A DNA stretch of 64,000 nucleotides, taken from the NCBI GenBank assembly GCA_963665325.3, contig OZ224045.1:1216001-1280000 (forward strand), in the 5' to 3' direction. Each line of letters starts with the position of its first letter. Position 1 is the first letter of the stretch. This DNA comes from Alphaproteobacteria bacterium. Its GTDB lineage: Bacteria; Pseudomonadota; Alphaproteobacteria; Bin95. The translations under genes and the position numbers were made by a program. Below, one piece after another: positions 61,959-64,000 of this stretch. The notes beneath the pieces are model-generated. The model saw nothing but the letters and a program-made list of their open reading frames with translations, had not been told where the DNA came from and searched no databases.

Positions 61959-62760
61959 ACGGCTCAGGATCGCAAGCTGGAACGTCAACTCCGTCCGGCT
62001 GCGCATACCCGGCGTCGAGCGCCTGGCGGCCGAGCGCGCGCCCGATGTGCTCTGCCTCCAGGAGGTCAAGGTCGAGAGCGACCGTTTCCCGGTCGAACCG
62101 TTCCATGCGCTCGGCTACCGCCATTCGGTGCTCTATGGCATCAAGGCGTATCACGGCGTTGCGATCTTCTCCCGCCTGCCCATCGAGGACGGCGGCTCGA
62201 AGGACTGGTGCGGGCGCTCGGACGGGCGCCACACATTCGCCACCGTGGCGGGCGTCGAGATCCACAATTTCTATGTCCCGGCCGGCGGCGACGAGCCTGA
62301 CCCGGAGATCAACGACAAGTTCGCCCACAAGCTCGACTTCCTGCGCGAGATGACCGGCTGGTGGCAGGAGCGGCGCGACGACGGCGCGCGCCGGGTGATG
62401 GTGGGCGACCTCAACATCGCGCCGCTGGAAACCGATGTCTGGTCGCACCGCCAGCTTCTCAAGGTGGTGAGCCACACGCCCGTCGAAGTCGAACACCTGG
62501 CGGCAGTGCAGGACTCGCACGAGTGGATCGACGCGGTCCGCCATTTCATCCCGCCCGAAGAGAAGCTCTACAGCTGGTGGAGCTACCGGGCGCGCGACTG
62601 GTCCGCATCCGACCGCGGCAGGCGCCTCGACCATATCTGGGCCACCCCGGCGCTCTCGGGCGCGCTGGCCGGCGCAGAAGTGCTCCGCGAGGCACGCGGC
62701 TGGGAGCGCCCGTCGGACCATGCGCCGGTCATCGCCGATTTCGATTTGTCCGGCGTCTGA
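61951..62760 (+). CDS. xth: Exodeoxyribonuclease III
   Basis: SWNVNSVR, LCLQEVK, GDLNIAP, WWSYR, RLDHI and SDHAPV. Confidence 0.94.
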   Translation: MAERLRIASWNVNSVRLRIPGVERLAAERAPDVLCLQEVKVESDRFPVEPFHALGYRHSVLYGIKAYHGVAIFSRLPIEDGGSKDWCGRSDGRHTFATVAGVEIHNFYVPAGGDEPDPEINDKFAHKLDFLREMTGWWQERRDDGARRVMVGDLNIAPLETDVWSHRQLLKVVSHTPVEVEHLAAVQDSHEWIDAVRHFIPPEEKLYSWWSYRARDWSASDRGRRLDHIWATPALSGALAGAEVLREARGWERPSDHAPVIADFDLSGV

Positions 62761-62786
62761 ACGGCGCCGCCGGCGGGCCGCCCCCG

Positions 62787-63755
62787 ATGTGGAAGCTTCT
62801 GCACGCGTTGGTGCCGGAGACGGCGCACAGGGCTGCAATCCGGCTGCTCGCGGTTTCGCCCGTGCGCCGCGCACCGCCTCAGCTGCCGGTGCGCGCTGCC
62901 GGTATCGAAGTCCCCAACCCGGTCGGACTCGCGCCCGGTTTCGACAAGCATGGCGAGGCGATCGCCGGCGCGCTCGGCCTCGGCTTCGGCTTCATCGAGA
63001 TCGGCGCGGTCACGCCCCAGCCGCAGCCGGGTAACCACAAGCCGAGGCTGTTCCGCCTCACGCCCGATCGCGCCGTTATCAACCGCATGGGCTTCAACAG
63101 CGAGGGTGCGGATGCGCTTGCCCGCCGTCTGGCGCGCTACCGCGAACGGGGCGGGCGGGGGGTGGTCGGCGTCAACCTGGCGAAGAACGCGGCGACCGTG
63201 GACGCCGCCGGCGACTATGAGGCCGTGGCGCGCACGGTCGCGGGTCTCGCGGATTTCGTTACCGTCAATGTCTCTTCCCCCAACACGCCTGGCCTGCGCG
63301 AATTGCAGGAGGAAAGCGAGCTGCGCCGCATCGTGGACCGGGTGCGCGAGGCGCTGCCCGACGGAACCGCGCTCTGGGTCAAGCTTTCGCCCGACCTCGC
63401 CAAGGCGGAGCGCACGGCAGTGGGCGAGGCGCTGGCCACCATGCCGGTCGAGGGCGTCGTCGTGGGCAACACGACCGTTTCCAGGCCGCACGGCCTCCGC
63501 TCGTCCGAGCGCACCCAGCCGGGCGGTCTCAGCGGCCGGCCGCTCAGGTCGCTCTCCACCGAGGTGCTGCGCGATGTTCGGGAAGCAAGCGGCGGCAAGG
63601 TCGACCTGATCGGCGCGGGCGGCATCGAGAGCCCGGCCGATGTGCGCGAGAAGCTGGAGGCCGGCGCTTCGCTGGTGCAGCTCTACACGGCGATGGTCTA
63701 TTACGGGCCGGGCCTTCCAAGGCGGATTGCCCAGGGCCTAGCCGATGGCGAATAG
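62787..63755 (+). CDS. pyrD: Quinone-dependent dihydroorotate dehydrogenase
   Basis: GFDKHGE, INRMGFN, NVSSPNTPGLR, KLSPDL and GGLSG. Confidence 0.94.
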   Translation: MWKLLHALVPETAHRAAIRLLAVSPVRRAPPQLPVRAAGIEVPNPVGLAPGFDKHGEAIAGALGLGFGFIEIGAVTPQPQPGNHKPRLFRLTPDRAVINRMGFNSEGADALARRLARYRERGGRGVVGVNLAKNAATVDAAGDYEAVARTVAGLADFVTVNVSSPNTPGLRELQEESELRRIVDRVREALPDGTALWVKLSPDLAKAERTAVGEALATMPVEGVVVGNTTVSRPHGLRSSERTQPGGLSGRPLRSLSTEVLRDVREASGGKVDLIGAGGIESPADVREKLEAGASLVQLYTAMVYYGPGLPRRIAQGLADGE

Positions 63756-63814
63756 TCCCCACCCCATTCCGGGCTTCCCGGCCGACAGCCCGGGACCGAG
63801 CGAGGGCATACCCG

Positions 63815-64000
63815 ATGAGCGCCACTGAAATCGTCCCCGGCCTCGCGCCGCTGGCGGATCGCTACGACACTTACCTCGTCGATCTCTGGGGCTGCCTGCA
63901 CGATGGCGTGACGCCCTTCCCGGCGGCGCTCGACGCGCTGGAGCGGCTGCGTGCCGGCGGCGGCAAGCGGGTCTGTTTCCTTTCCAACGGCCCGCGCCGG
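63815..64000 (+). CDS. TIGR01459-type HAD hydrolase (3'-partial)
   Basis: MSATEIVPGLAPLADRYDTYLVDLWGCLHDG...FLSNGPRR. Confidence 0.85.
   Translation, partial: MSATEIVPGLAPLADRYDTYLVDLWGCLHDGVTPFPAALDALERLRAGGGKRVCFLSNGPRR

Noticed and set aside
1-64000. tRNA/tmRNA integration site, rRNA, reverse transcriptase or cas genes
   Set aside because: None recognised by eye; tRNAscan-SE and HMM searches would be needed to exclude them formally.

Overview
GC-rich bacterial DNA, alphaproteobacterial-like by gene content (split pntAA/pntAB, TIGR01459 HAD, iorAB); taxonomy is inference only. The flanks look like ordinary genes. Left: DUF3365 heme protein, S8 protease, HU, alsT. Right: deacetylase, SDR, pntAA-AB-B, ferredoxin reductase, xth, pyrD, HAD. 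Between about 5.4 and 55.4 kb lies a decaying mosaic island. It holds two very large MobF/TrwC relaxase-helicases (one frameshifted) that carry unusual C-terminal repeats, with no T4SS or coupling-protein gene in the window. It also holds ribbon-helix-helix (RHH) gene clusters at both ends, a duplicated hairpin-rich leader, tandem tyrosine integrases (one disrupted by an IS66-type MITE), an intact IS1634, a 7-bp microsatellite and about a dozen short gene fragments. Cargo: TonB receptor, IorAB, adenylate cyclase, a GPP34/GOLPH3-cytochrome P450 fusion facing an MMPL + LolA-like exporter, and a NACHT-nuclease candidate defence cassette. All family calls come from motif recognition by eye; no database search was run.
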